Numbered from the stretch's first letter, positions 14,970 to 24,197 are shown. The stretch: 27,964 nt of DNA from a virus (IMGVR_UViG_3300017648_000013:1-27964), one strand, 5' to 3'. Numbers and translations are program-made. Notes: generated by a model from the sequence alone, not told the origin.

Positions 14970-15460
14970 TTCGATCCTGCTCTTGCCTTAGCCTCGACTG
15001 TCACGTCGTAGACGATCTGGCCCCACTGTTGAGCGGCTAGGCGGGTGAAACCTCTTGCCGGTCTTCCCTCCGCTCCATATTCCACAAACTGCGCGTAATT
15101 GGCCGTGTACGCCGCTACAAGGCGATCACCTGCATTGAACTTGGCTATTTCGAGAACAATGGCCGATGGATTGTAATTGTGCTTCGCGCCGTCTTTATCG
15201 CGATTGGGCGGCGGTGGATCACCATTCACGACAACAACGAGAGAAGCCCGCAAAAACCCGGTGTCGATCGGCATATTGCCGCCTTCATTTACCGGCGTTT
15301 GCATGACTTCGATCACTCGGCGGGTGCTCTCACGCAGCACGGCGGTCAGCCGCTTCTCTGTTGCCAGCACCCAATCATCAACCTGGCCAGAAAAACGCGC
15401 CTGACCGCGTGATAGCCGATTATTCGGGCTGACGTGAACGCCTGTGGTTCTGACCATCAC
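14966..15460 (-). CDS. HK97 gp10-like neck/tail completion protein
   Basis: PIDTGFLRAS and NYAQFVEYG motifs. Confidence 0.8.
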   Translation of the reverse strand: MMVRTTGVHVSPNNRLSRGQARFSGQVDDWVLATEKRLTAVLRESTRRVIEVMQTPVNEGGNMPIDTGFLRASLVVVVNGDPPPPNRDKDGAKHNYNPSAIVLEIAKFNAGDRLVAAYTANYAQFVEYGAEGRPARGFTRLAAQQWGQIVYDVTVEAKARAGSK

Positions 15461-16491
15461 TCAATTCCTGCGAGGAAGTCGATCTCCATTTCCATCCAAC
15501 ACCGGCAATTGATGATTTCGCTTGCTGGCGCTTCTGGATCGCCTGGATAGGCAAGGAATGCTCCGCTCGGGCTCGTGAACTTATCTTCCATGCCAACGGA
15601 TTGACCGTGCATGGCCTTGTGAGTGTCACGAACGCGGTTATCGCTGGAGGATCGCCATACCTTCACGATGGTCGATTGATCGACGCCTCCGTCTACGGCC
15701 TGCCGCATAGCTTCCATCTGGCTTTCATTTAAAGCTGCCATGGTCTCTGTACGGGCAATCGTCTCACCACGAAGGTGAAGAAGGTTGTCCGAATAGCGCC
15801 CAACGATCTTGCTAACGGAGTCGGCAGGCACGGCCTGCTCTTCCCGGATGGCTTTCAGCACGGTTCTATCGAAGCGCTTATCACGTCGATTTCGCGTCAA
15901 ATAGCGACGCAAATCCTCCGGGTCGCCCGAAAGTAGTTCTTGGCGAGCGCGGTCAACGTAATCGGATTGGGCGCTTGTCAGCCCAAGAATACCGCCCTCC
16001 CTTCGACCAGTTGCCCGGTTGATCCGCCCGACGATATTAAGTGCTGTGGTGCGCGGATTGTTACCTCGCTCCATTCCGAGTTGGAGAGCCGTTCTTACTG
16101 CTGCCCTTTGATCCTCGACTATGCCGGAGACAAGCTTGCTGGAATGATCACGAAGCCAAGTCTCGGCACGGATATTACGAGCATCGAACCGAATGATGAC
16201 CTGACCGCCACCCGGTTGACGGATTGGAGGCATACGGCCCGTCGTCGCAACTCCGCCACCATTGTAGGCACTGGCTATCGCGTTATCCAATGTCCGAAAT
16301 GCAGCGTCATCGATATGCATGGCCTGAATGGCGCCTGCGATGTCGCCTTTCTCCATACGCTCGACTATGCGCTTGATCTGCACCTTGCTCTTGATGTCGT
16401 TAACAGCATCCATGAACGCAGCGCGCAACAATGGTTCATATGAGGAGACAAGCTGTTCAAACCGTTCGCGAGGCGTGAGACGTTTAAGCAC
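15457..16491 (-). CDS. Mu gpF / SPP1 gp7-like minor head protein
   Basis: TIARTET, KVW...DNRVRDTH..MHGQ, YPGDP....EIINCRC motifs; GTG start. Confidence 0.85.
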   Translation of the reverse strand: MLKRLTPRERFEQLVSSYEPLLRAAFMDAVNDIKSKVQIKRIVERMEKGDIAGAIQAMHIDDAAFRTLDNAIASAYNGGGVATTGRMPPIRQPGGGQVIIRFDARNIRAETWLRDHSSKLVSGIVEDQRAAVRTALQLGMERGNNPRTTALNIVGRINRATGRREGGILGLTSAQSDYVDRARQELLSGDPEDLRRYLTRNRRDKRFDRTVLKAIREEQAVPADSVSKIVGRYSDNLLHLRGETIARTETMAALNESQMEAMRQAVDGGVDQSTIVKVWRSSSDNRVRDTHKAMHGQSVGMEDKFTSPSGAFLAYPGDPEAPASEIINCRCWMEMEIDFLAGIE

Positions 16492-16840
16492 GAGCCTGCA
16501 ACTCCCAATAAACCACGGTTCCAGCCGGATTGAGCGGCTTCGCCTGAACTATTGTGCTCACAACACCGCCGATGATCACCTTGTCGGTTGTCGTCGGCTG
16601 GATCGTTAGTCCCTTCGTTGCAACGTAAACCTTCTTGTCCGTCGACTTGATCAGCGTCCCGTCCACGTCTTTCTGATCATAATCCAGCGCTACCAAGGTG
16701 CACGGATAGTCCGTATCGCTCGTTCCTGGGTTCCATGGATCGCCCGATGTCTCGGTGCGCCGTATAGCGCCGGTCTGTCCGAACTTGTCGATTAGGCGAT
16801 TGACGACCGCGACCGAACGGGCATAGTTGAATTTGGCCAT
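16484..16840 (-). CDS. head-tail joining (head closure/stopper) protein
   Basis: LIDKFGQ...DGTLI...D.KV...PAGTVVYWELQAR pattern; synteny. Confidence 0.75.
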   Translation of the reverse strand: MAKFNYARSVAVVNRLIDKFGQTGAIRRTETSGDPWNPGTSDTDYPCTLVALDYDQKDVDGTLIKSTDKKVYVATKGLTIQPTTTDKVIIGGVVSTIVQAKPLNPAGTVVYWELQARA

Positions 16841-16855
16841 TAGGCGCTCTCCAAT

Positions 16856-16881
16856 GGATCAAATCCCCGACCAAATGCGTT
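16856..16881 (+). promoter_or_regulatory. EcfG-type general-stress promoter, one mismatch
   Basis: GGATC-N17-CGTT, 30 nt upstream of the 16912 ATG. Confidence 0.5.
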
Positions 16882-16911
16882 GGAAAACATCGGGAACCGA
16901 AGGAGGACAAC

Positions 16912-17217
16912 ATGAACGTCGCAAACTTGCAGATCGAAGGCCTATGCCTCGCTATTGCCGCGATCAACCATGCACTGGTCGAGAAAGGCATTCTGTCCCA
17001 AGTCGAGTTAGACGACGCCCTCAGAAAAGCCGAAGCAACCGCTCGTGGGGATGATCGATTTGTCGAAGACCTCAATCCATCGAACCGCGATGCGATCTGC
17101 TTTCCGATCAGGGTACTTCAAATCGCCAATACGACCGGAGCGGAACGTCCCTGGAGCTTTACCGAACTCGCCCGCCTGGTTGGAGAAACGAAGCAACCTT
17201 ATAACGATATGCTTTAG
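16912..17217 (+). CDS. hypothetical protein (moron, host-like)
   Basis: 101 aa with a perfect AAGGAGG SD; fills the gap between two head-tail genes on the opposite strand. Confidence 0.8.
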   Translation: MNVANLQIEGLCLAIAAINHALVEKGILSQVELDDALRKAEATARGDDRFVEDLNPSNRDAICFPIRVLQIANTTGAERPWSFTELARLVGETKQPYNDML

Positions 17218-17732
17218 GCTCGCGCGGCTGAACCGAAAACTCCCGGCCCTTTGCCTCGGATGAACCCGGCCAAGATGCCGTCGACTACGCTGATTACCGG
17301 CAGGACGTCATCAATCCTGCCGTCCGTGTCTTGGTATGTGACGGACAGATCACCGACCTGTTCCTGCTTAATCGCCTCTGCTGGCACATAGTCTGGCGAA
17401 AGGCTTCCGGGAGTGATCAATTCTCGCCAAGCAGCCTCACACAAGGCATTCTTGATCCTTTGTGGTATCGTTGTGCTCGGAAGCAGCGCACCGCGCCACA
17501 CGGCGTTCTTTCGAGGCCATTCAAGCGCCTGCTCTACCGTCGCAGGTTCACCGATGAACCGCTGGCCGTATGTGCCATCCAGCCATGTCGTACCGCGGCG
17601 CAAGGCCTGTTCGACTTCGGGATCGGTCTTGTCGGCCAGATCGTAGCCGACCTTCCCGCAATAGGCCCTAAACTCATTCAGATCGACGTAGCTGTCAGCG
17701 TCAGGATCGCCGGGGCTGACGATAAGTGCCAT
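17214..17732 (-). CDS. head-tail adaptor (family often labelled DnaT-like ssDNA-binding)
   Basis: ADSYV..., QALEWPR, IPQRIKNALCEAA, EQVGDLSVTY motifs. Confidence 0.8.
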   Translation of the reverse strand: MALIVSPGDPDADSYVDLNEFRAYCGKVGYDLADKTDPEVEQALRRGTTWLDGTYGQRFIGEPATVEQALEWPRKNAVWRGALLPSTTIPQRIKNALCEAAWRELITPGSLSPDYVPAEAIKQEQVGDLSVTYQDTDGRIDDVLPVISVVDGILAGFIRGKGPGVFGSAARA

Positions 17733-17734
17733 GA

Positions 17735-17956
17735 CTATTCATCTCCAAAACAAATCTGACGCTTTGCCCGCTCCATCAGGATTAGCGTTTCGCCTGCGTT
17801 GGCAGAACCACTCACCCAGAACGAGCCATCTTCAAGTTGCCCAAGCACAGCCACAGTTGTGAAACCCTTCCTTTTGGCGGCTTCGAGAATGGCGTCAGGG
17901 TTGAACCTAAACCCCTCCCCAACTTCAACCGGCTGGAGCTTGACCACTTCGCTCAT
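17735..17956 (-). CDS. hypothetical phage protein
   Basis: 73 aa, coupled to both neighbours. Confidence 0.65.
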   Translation of the reverse strand: MSEVVKLQPVEVGEGFRFNPDAILEAAKRKGFTTVAVLGQLEDGSFWVSGSANAGETLILMERAKRQICFGDE

Positions 17957-18288
17957 TCTGCGCCCGCCACCGCATTCAGTTCGTTGAACTTGTCGATCAG
18001 CGTTTCAAGTTTGGCTGAAGGATGAGGAGCCTTGCCGGTTGCGGCTTCAATTGCCGCCCGGAGCTGCTCTTCGCTGAACTGGTCGCCACTGTCTGTGCCG
18101 ATGCCGCCAGTCGATAGCGCCTGCTGCTGGCCTTCGTCCTTCCCGCGCTTCTTGTGCGGGTTGATCACCTTCGCATCCTCCGGCGCGAACCGAGCATCGA
18201 TGATCTTGAAGCCATCGGCCCGAAGCTTTTCTTTGAGCTTCTGCGATACGGGGTGAACGACATATGCGATTTCACGCTCTTTCGACAT
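17953..18288 (-). CDS. hypothetical head-associated protein with a possible C-terminal HeH/LEM-like helix pair
   Basis: Follows the MCP gene; EQLRAAIEAATGKAPHPSAKLETLI. Confidence 0.65.
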   Translation of the reverse strand: MSKEREIAYVVHPVSQKLKEKLRADGFKIIDARFAPEDAKVINPHKKRGKDEGQQQALSTGGIGTDSGDQFSEEQLRAAIEAATGKAPHPSAKLETLIDKFNELNAVAGAE

Positions 18289-18302
18289 GGGAAACCCTCA
18301 AA

Positions 18303-18328
18303 TAAAAAGGGCGAGCCGAAGCCCGCCC
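18303..18328 (-). terminator. intrinsic terminator after the major capsid gene
   Basis: GGGCGGGC-TTCG-GCTCGCCC-TTTTT. Confidence 0.85.
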
Positions 18329-18338
18329 GGGTTGATGA

Positions 18339-19307
18339 TTAGGCTGCGGCCACGGTCAGAACGCCGGCCGTGTGCTTGATGCTGGTCGCGACCTTGTCCC
18401 AGTTCGTGCCGGTGGCGATCTCAGCGTCGGACGGCGACTTCCCACCATTGGCTTCATCCCAAGTGTAGCCCTTGAGTCCCAGACCGAACGAATAGTCCAT
18501 CTGCATAGTCGTCTCGATGCGGGTCTGGCCGTTGGAGGTTTCGATGTTGGTGATCACATCGCTGCCGTCATGAACAATGGCAGCACTTTCCGCGAGAGAA
18601 AGCACCTTCAGCTTGTTCGGCGTTCCCGCCTCATACAGCGCCGGTGCATCGGTGACGATCACGGGCTTGCCGAGGATATCGACCACACGGACATTCTGCG
18701 CCTGGAAGAGCTGAGCCGTGTTGACGAGATTGGCGCCGATGAGCTTGTGATAGGCCGTACCGTTCATGACCTGAGCGATCAGGTTGCCCGAATGATCACC
18801 GAACTTTGCATGCGCATCGTTCATTGCCACGTAGGACAGGGCCGGATCGGTTGCCGCGGACACATCATTCGTCGCGTCCGGCTGATTGCCGATGGCGGCG
18901 ACAAGTCCAGCAATAGCCGTGTTGAGCTGGTCTGCCATCATGGCTTCGGCAAAGTTGCGGGATGCCACTTCGATGCCTTCAGCGGTCGGCTTTTGAAGCC
19001 AGGTCATCTGCGATGGTTCGTAGCGGATCGGGCCGAAGCCGCCGGCGATCTTGACCGAAGAGTGCTTCTGCTGGGTCAGATCAGTCGCGGCTGCTGCGGC
19101 TTGTGCCGCATACCGATCAACACGACGCTGCGCTGAGTGGATGGATGCAAAGAACGACTCCTGAAGGAAATCGCCCTCAAAACCATCCGTCGTGAGACGG
19201 ATTGCGCCGTTGGAGGCGGCATTGAACTTCTGCACCATCTGCGCCAGCGTTTCGATGATCGCGGGCATGAAGTACTTGTTGAATACCTGCATCTGGGAAA
19301 GAGACAT
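18339..19307 (-). CDS. major capsid protein
   Basis: 322 aa after the scaffold gene; AGGAG SD; GLKGYTWD...SPSDAEIATGTNWDKV...KHTAGV C-terminus; followed by a terminator. Confidence 0.9.
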   Translation of the reverse strand: MSLSQMQVFNKYFMPAIIETLAQMVQKFNAASNGAIRLTTDGFEGDFLQESFFASIHSAQRRVDRYAAQAAAAATDLTQQKHSSVKIAGGFGPIRYEPSQMTWLQKPTAEGIEVASRNFAEAMMADQLNTAIAGLVAAIGNQPDATNDVSAATDPALSYVAMNDAHAKFGDHSGNLIAQVMNGTAYHKLIGANLVNTAQLFQAQNVRVVDILGKPVIVTDAPALYEAGTPNKLKVLSLAESAAIVHDGSDVITNIETSNGQTRIETTMQMDYSFGLGLKGYTWDEANGGKSPSDAEIATGTNWDKVATSIKHTAGVLTVAAA

Positions 19308-19320
19308 GGAAAGCTCCTAT

Positions 19321-19393
19321 GCTGTGTCTCGGGATTGTCGGTTGGATGGGCTTCCCGCCCGCTGGGTGCCGCTTCTCATCCCGAGACAGCAGC
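19321..19393 (-). promoter_or_regulatory. structured capsid-gene leader with two GGGA(A/U) pentaloop hairpins and an alternative 11-bp stem
   Basis: TCTC-GGGAT-GAGA (19386-19374) and GGGC-GGGAA-GCCC (19360-19348); TGTCTCGGGAT (19388-19378) pairs with ATCCCGAGACA (19335-19325). Confidence 0.6.
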
Positions 19394-19411
19394 AGAGAGG
19401 TTTCAGGGCGA

Positions 19412-20185
19412 TCAGCCCTTCAGTTCAGGGAATTTGGCTGCGATAGCCGCCGCCCGTTCTTCACGGGTTCCACCGAAATTTCCGCGTTGCGGAGGGTTAC
19501 CGCCGCCTCCGGGGCCGGGTTGCTTGCCGCTGCCCGACTGACCGGATCCTTCAAAGGCACGCCCGAACGCTTCAGATTCCTTCATCTCGGCAACCAGGCC
19601 GGCGATATCCATGGGCGTACCCTTGGAATCCGCGATCTTTGCGTTGCCGTCTTTGTCGACCACTTCGACCGTGAATTTGCCGTCGACCTCCTTGACGCGA
19701 GTATGAGCCCGCACATGAGGAAGGAGCAGTTCAACTGAACCCTTCGCTTCAGCCAGAGCGGACGTCGCAGCAGCATCGATAAGCAGGCTTTCAACGGTCT
19801 TGGTCAGATGACCGATGCGCTCATCGCGGCTGGAAATTTCGCCAGTGTGCTTTTCCAGAAGCTGGGCCTTGGCAGCCTCAAACTTCGTGTTCGCGATCTT
19901 GTCGGCTTCCTTGGCTGGGTCGATGCTGGTCAGTTCCTCCAGCTTCGCCAGGGCCTCGCGGGCCTTGTCCGGGTCGAGATCCTTGAACTTGACGACATCG
20001 CGCTCCAGGCGTTCGCGCGTGGTGCGCTCCTTGCCGAGAGCTGTCTTGAGGCCGTTCACGTCTTCCAGTGCGAAGCCGTCGACCGGCTCGACATCGAGAA
20101 CGAACTTGCCGTCCTTCTCGACATACAGAGCCTTGATTGCATCATCGATCCCGTCGAGCGATGCCAGAATTGCTTTGAGAGCCAT
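19412..20185 (-). CDS. capsid scaffolding protein
   Basis: MALKAIL...LYVEKDGKFVLDVE; coiled coil; Gly-rich tail; between portal and MCP. Confidence 0.85.
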   Translation of the reverse strand: MALKAILASLDGIDDAIKALYVEKDGKFVLDVEPVDGFALEDVNGLKTALGKERTTRERLERDVVKFKDLDPDKAREALAKLEELTSIDPAKEADKIANTKFEAAKAQLLEKHTGEISSRDERIGHLTKTVESLLIDAAATSALAEAKGSVELLLPHVRAHTRVKEVDGKFTVEVVDKDGNAKIADSKGTPMDIAGLVAEMKESEAFGRAFEGSGQSGSGKQPGPGGGGNPPQRGNFGGTREERAAAIAAKFPELKG

Positions 20186-20188
20186 GTT

Positions 20189-20222
20189 TATCCATCCCGG
20201 ATAGTTGTGCGCTTCCCGCGCA
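20189..20222 (-). promoter_or_regulatory. two tandem GGGA(A/U) pentaloop hairpins at the scaffold translation start
   Basis: TGCGC-GGGAA-GCGCA-caac-TATCC-GGGAT-GGATA-aac-ATG. Confidence 0.6.
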
Positions 20223-20225
20223 TTG

Positions 20226-20257
20226 AAAAAGGCCCGGAAGGATCACCCTACCGAGCC
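20226..20257 (-). terminator. intrinsic terminator after the portal gene
   Basis: GGCTCGG...CCGGGCC-TTTTT. Confidence 0.6.
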
Positions 20258-20282
20258 GTGTGAAGTCAGATTGTCGATTGAA

Positions 20283-21776
20283 CTATTCCGCCGGCTCTTT
20301 CACCGGTGGAGTGACCGCAGCGGTCAGATCATCCTCGGTGTCATCGCCGGGAAGTTCGTCCATAATCCGCTTTTCCTCTTCGTCCGCGTCAAACTCGGGT
20401 GAAAGGATGCTTCTGCGCTTCATTTCTTGCCAGAGCGTCTGTGTGCTGAGCTTTCCGCGCTCGTTCATAGTCAGAAGCGTTTCAGGTGCCTTGTCCTCAC
20501 CAAGCTCGATAGCGAAGTCAGTGTTCACGTAGACGGTCGGCTCGAGCTTCACGTTCAACCACATCGATGTGAAGACATAAGCTCGCTCCAGACAATCCTT
20601 GAGCATGAAAGCCCACGCCTGTACGGCGCTGGCTGACTTCTGGGAGGCGAATGCTGCTGCAACCTGGGTAATCCCGCTCGTGCCTGCTGTCAGCGGCTGG
20701 CGGCCAAGTTCGCGCATCTGGGTTTCGGTCTTGTCCACCTCTTCAGACAGAAACTTGAGCGATGAGGCTGACGGCTCAATGAACTGCCACTGTCCGCTCT
20801 TCGTGCCATCTGGAGCCGGAGGCGCATAAAGAACCACCGAGGGGCCAATAGGCGCCATGATCGGCCTGCCGTTCTCATCCACCGGTGGCGTCACACCATT
20901 GCCCGCAAGCATCGGGAATGCGGTCAGTTCCTTGGCGGACTTGAGATTGGTTTCCTGCTGGTAATGCTCGACCTGCAATTCGGCAACGTTTCGCATCGGG
21001 GGGCGAATGCGCCATGTCGATCCCTCACGCCTACCGGTGAAGAACGGAACCAGCGCAATAACACCAATCGAGATCGGACCTTCAGCAATCAGCGACCAGC
21101 CAGCATTGCTCGTTATGCCTTTCTCCCAGATTTCATATCGGGCCGGTCCATACTGACCACCTTCGAGTTCATCTCGGATCAGGATTCGCACACGATCAAT
21201 GCACTTCTCGTTGCCGGCATTGTCGCTTTGCGTGACGGGTTCATAGATCTTTGCGTAGGTGAACTGTTCCTTGCCGTTGATGACCTTGCTTTCGACCCAG
21301 AGCATGTCTGTGGCTGGAATATTCACCCAGTACGGCCGTGCACCCATACGCTTCTCATCGGCAAGCGTGGAACCTTCCGGCACCGTCGGATAGTCGACCA
21401 GTATCCAGTCAATGGCATTGTGAATGCCATTGAAGAAAACATTATCGGCAAAGACATGCAGATGATTGCCGCCGCCGTCGATATCCTCGGTCACAACCTT
21501 GATTGCTTCCGGCACGGTATCGTTGGCGAGAGTCACTTCCTTTGAAAACGGCTTAGATGCCAGGTTCTCCACGATGTCCGAATAGATGTCAGTGAACTTC
21601 GAGTTCGCCAGACGGTAGGCATAGTTCGGATCGCTCTCGTTCGGAAATTGTGGGAGATAAGCCGCGCCCGCCTTCCGCATTGCATCCACACCGCCACGGA
21701 TCGCTGCAACCTTCGTCCAGTAGCCTAACATCGCCTTATAATCGGCTGATGTAGCGAGAAAATCTGTATCAGCCAT
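20283..21776 (-). CDS. portal protein (DUF4055-type)
   Basis: 497 aa after TerL; YLPQFPNESDPNYAYRL, ILVDYP, RPYW, LQVEHYQQ motifs. Confidence 0.88.
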   Translation of the reverse strand: MADTDFLATSADYKAMLGYWTKVAAIRGGVDAMRKAGAAYLPQFPNESDPNYAYRLANSKFTDIYSDIVENLASKPFSKEVTLANDTVPEAIKVVTEDIDGGGNHLHVFADNVFFNGIHNAIDWILVDYPTVPEGSTLADEKRMGARPYWVNIPATDMLWVESKVINGKEQFTYAKIYEPVTQSDNAGNEKCIDRVRILIRDELEGGQYGPARYEIWEKGITSNAGWSLIAEGPISIGVIALVPFFTGRREGSTWRIRPPMRNVAELQVEHYQQETNLKSAKELTAFPMLAGNGVTPPVDENGRPIMAPIGPSVVLYAPPAPDGTKSGQWQFIEPSASSLKFLSEEVDKTETQMRELGRQPLTAGTSGITQVAAAFASQKSASAVQAWAFMLKDCLERAYVFTSMWLNVKLEPTVYVNTDFAIELGEDKAPETLLTMNERGKLSTQTLWQEMKRRSILSPEFDADEEEKRIMDELPGDDTEDDLTAAVTPPVKEPAE

Positions 21777-23433
21777 TTATCCGTCCTGATGTACCGAAGA
21801 GTGCGGTTCGTGTCTGGTTTGTCGCCAGTTCGTTAAATGCGCGGGACGATGCGTCTACGATGTCTTTCAGCTTCCCGTTCGGGAACACCTCGACCTCATC
21901 GAGAAATGGTTCGTTCCAAGCGCCTTTCAGCAGAACGACGTTTCCAGCCTCACACTGAGCCGATAAAGGCTCGGCACGGGTGACCTTGTCGCCGCTTTCC
22001 GGTGTAGCCTTAGCTTTGTAGCCAGCCAGCATTGCAACAAGCTGCTGTGCCTGGTCCTTACCGGCCTGACCCGGGTCCTTCGGCATGGAGATTGCGCAAT
22101 CCCTGCCGTCCTGTTCAGCCGTATTTTTGATCAAAGTGCGGACGCCTGCGGGGCTGGCCCGCTCTGCCACACAGTGAGCAATGATGAACTTGCCGTCGGG
22201 CATCTTGCCGATCTTCACACCGGCGGTTCTGGCCGATGAAGGATCATCTTCCGTTGCCGCCAAGTCCCATCCTCGGACAAACACGGTGCCGGCCGGTATC
22301 GCTCCTACGATCGAGAAGTACGACCGTTTGAACATCCCGCCTTCACGTGGCGCAGGTCGTTGCTGGTTCTGTCCAGCGTGACCAGTTGATCCAAGAGATA
22401 CCTTGTCTCGCTCGACCACTTCACGCGGAAAGCGCTCTGGAAACAGCAGTTCGCCATCTTTCTCGCGTCGGTCGTGAGTATAAACCGTCTTGAGATCGGA
22501 CTTCTCGACATACTCACGCCGGGATTCCGGTATCTCCTGTCCCTCCCGATACCAGATTTGCTTTCCAGCATCGTATCGCGCCCGGACCGCAGGTGTATCA
22601 AACCCAGTTGGCTTCACTATGGTGTAACAACGGCGTTCGGGCTCAAACTCCATGGGGAGCATCAAATGCTCGTACCCAAGGTTCTTGGCCAGCGCCACGC
22701 CGGTAGTGTCACCTTCATGCAGTCTCTGCATCACAAGGATGATGGCCGACTTGATCGGGTCACTCAGACGGTTCGGAACCGCTTCAAGGAACGTTTCCTG
22801 CGCCGTCAGACGATCAGCATCAGACTTCGCCTTGCCCACTGACAGCGGATCGTCGATAATCACGCGATCGCCGCGCTCACCGGTGAGGGATTCGAACGAC
22901 ATGGCCGCTCTGAACCCTGATTTGTCGTTCTCGAACTTCAATGTCGAGTTCTGATCGGGCATCATCTGGAACTGGCTGCCCCATCTCTGGCGATACCAGT
23001 CAGACTGAACCAGACGGCGAGCCTTGATATTGTCGCGCTTGGCCAGGCTTTCCTTATACGAGGTGGCGATAGACCGGATGAACGGCTTACCGACCGGGCC
23101 CCATTCCCATGCTGGCCAGAAAACACCGACAGTAAGCGATTTCATCGTACCAGGCGGAACGTTGATGATCAGCCGCGTTAGCTGATCGTTCGTTACCGCC
23201 CCGAGATGGTCCGATATCGCATCGATGTGCCAGCCATGCAGATATGCCCTGCCCGGTTCCAGCACGTGCCAGCCGCCACGGATGAATGAGGACAGAGAAA
23301 CACCGGCGCTTTCCGCCTCTTCCTCAATCCTCTTGTTCGCTTCCCTCGCCTGTCTCTCCGCCCGGATTGCCTGCAGAGACAAGCCCGAGCTTCTGCAGAA
23401 CCGGGTAGGCGCTTTCGAGAGCTGCAAGTTCAT
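21769..23433 (-). CDS. terL: terminase large subunit (start uncertain, overlaps TerS)
   Basis: Walker A INVPPGTMKS, TGERGD, Walker B VIIDDP, MQRLH, nuclease motif RGWDLAAT, FPNGKLKDIVDA. Confidence 0.93.
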   Translation of the reverse strand: MNLQLSKAPTRFCRSSGLSLQAIRAERQAREANKRIEEEAESAGVSLSSFIRGGWHVLEPGRAYLHGWHIDAISDHLGAVTNDQLTRLIINVPPGTMKSLTVGVFWPAWEWGPVGKPFIRSIATSYKESLAKRDNIKARRLVQSDWYRQRWGSQFQMMPDQNSTLKFENDKSGFRAAMSFESLTGERGDRVIIDDPLSVGKAKSDADRLTAQETFLEAVPNRLSDPIKSAIILVMQRLHEGDTTGVALAKNLGYEHLMLPMEFEPERRCYTIVKPTGFDTPAVRARYDAGKQIWYREGQEIPESRREYVEKSDLKTVYTHDRREKDGELLFPERFPREVVERDKVSLGSTGHAGQNQQRPAPREGGMFKRSYFSIVGAIPAGTVFVRGWDLAATEDDPSSARTAGVKIGKMPDGKFIIAHCVAERASPAGVRTLIKNTAEQDGRDCAISMPKDPGQAGKDQAQQLVAMLAGYKAKATPESGDKVTRAEPLSAQCEAGNVVLLKGAWNEPFLDEVEVFPNGKLKDIVDASSRAFNELATNQTRTALFGTSGRING

Positions 23434-23833
23434 CGTCTGTCAGCGCTTCCAGTTGTTTTGCAGATATCGTGATGACCTGAAGTGTCCCGCTGATCTTGCG
23501 GTTTTCAGTACCCAAACCGAACAGCTTAGCTTTGCCCATAGTGGCCGATACAGCGGCGCTGGACTGCTTCTCGGTAATTGCTATCTGGCGAGCCTCTTCG
23601 AGCTCTGTAGCCAAACTCTCGACCGTTACAGCGACCTTTTGAGCTGCTTTGCCTTGCAGTTCGTGCACCCTAGCCGTTACCTTGCCGTCAGCGAGGACTT
23701 CACTTGCCTTTCGCCATACCGTTTCAGGCTTCGTCTTCTCACCCACATTGTATGCTCGCCGGTACGCTTCCGAGGCATTCCCGGTTTCCACATAGGCGCG
23801 GGCGAAGGCCTCTTGTTTCGGCGTGAGACTCAC
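23324..23833 (-). CDS. terS: terminase small subunit
   Basis: LTPKQEAFARAYVETGNASEAYRRAY HTH N-terminus; GTG start. Confidence 0.88.
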   Translation of the reverse strand: MSLTPKQEAFARAYVETGNASEAYRRAYNVGEKTKPETVWRKASEVLADGKVTARVHELQGKAAQKVAVTVESLATELEEARQIAITEKQSSAAVSATMGKAKLFGLGTENRKISGTLQVITISAKQLEALTDDELAALESAYPVLQKLGLVSAGNPGGETGEGSEQED

Positions 23834-23870
23834 GGTTCAATCCTGTTCGGGTATGGACGGAGGGAAAGCA

Positions 23871-24197
23871 GTGAGAAAGACTACTGGCATAAAGCTCACC
23901 AACGTCGGGCACGTCAAAATGACCGATGTTGAAATTCATGGCTTCGATACTGCAATCGATGCCGACCAGGTGGGGACGATTGAGACGTCACGAGTGGTAG
24001 TAACTGACGGAGGTTACCGGTTCACCCTGACGGAGGAAGAAGTTGCGAAAGTTCGCGAAATTATCTCCTCAGCACAATCGAAAGACGAGGCCGTTAAGGC
24101 TATTTCTCGGTTGGACAGCTTAGTTCTATGGACCAAAGGGAATGCCATCGACTTAATCGCTCTGGCTCTTTCTGTCTGGAGTACGTTTAAGACTTAG
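23871..24197 (+). CDS. hypothetical protein (moron) with beta-rich N-terminus and hydrophobic C-terminal helix
   Basis: GTG start with GGAGGG SD; 108 aa. Confidence 0.65.
   Translation: MRKTTGIKLTNVGHVKMTDVEIHGFDTAIDADQVGTIETSRVVVTDGGYRFTLTEEEVAKVREIISSAQSKDEAVKAISRLDSLVLWTKGNAIDLIALALSVWSTFKT

Noticed and set aside
5505-23932. Many long plus-strand ORFs opposite structural genes (e.g. 6842-7450, 18372-19136, 20964-21545, 23225-23932)
   Set aside because: Antisense shadows of GC-rich coding genes, with no convincing SDs or domains.
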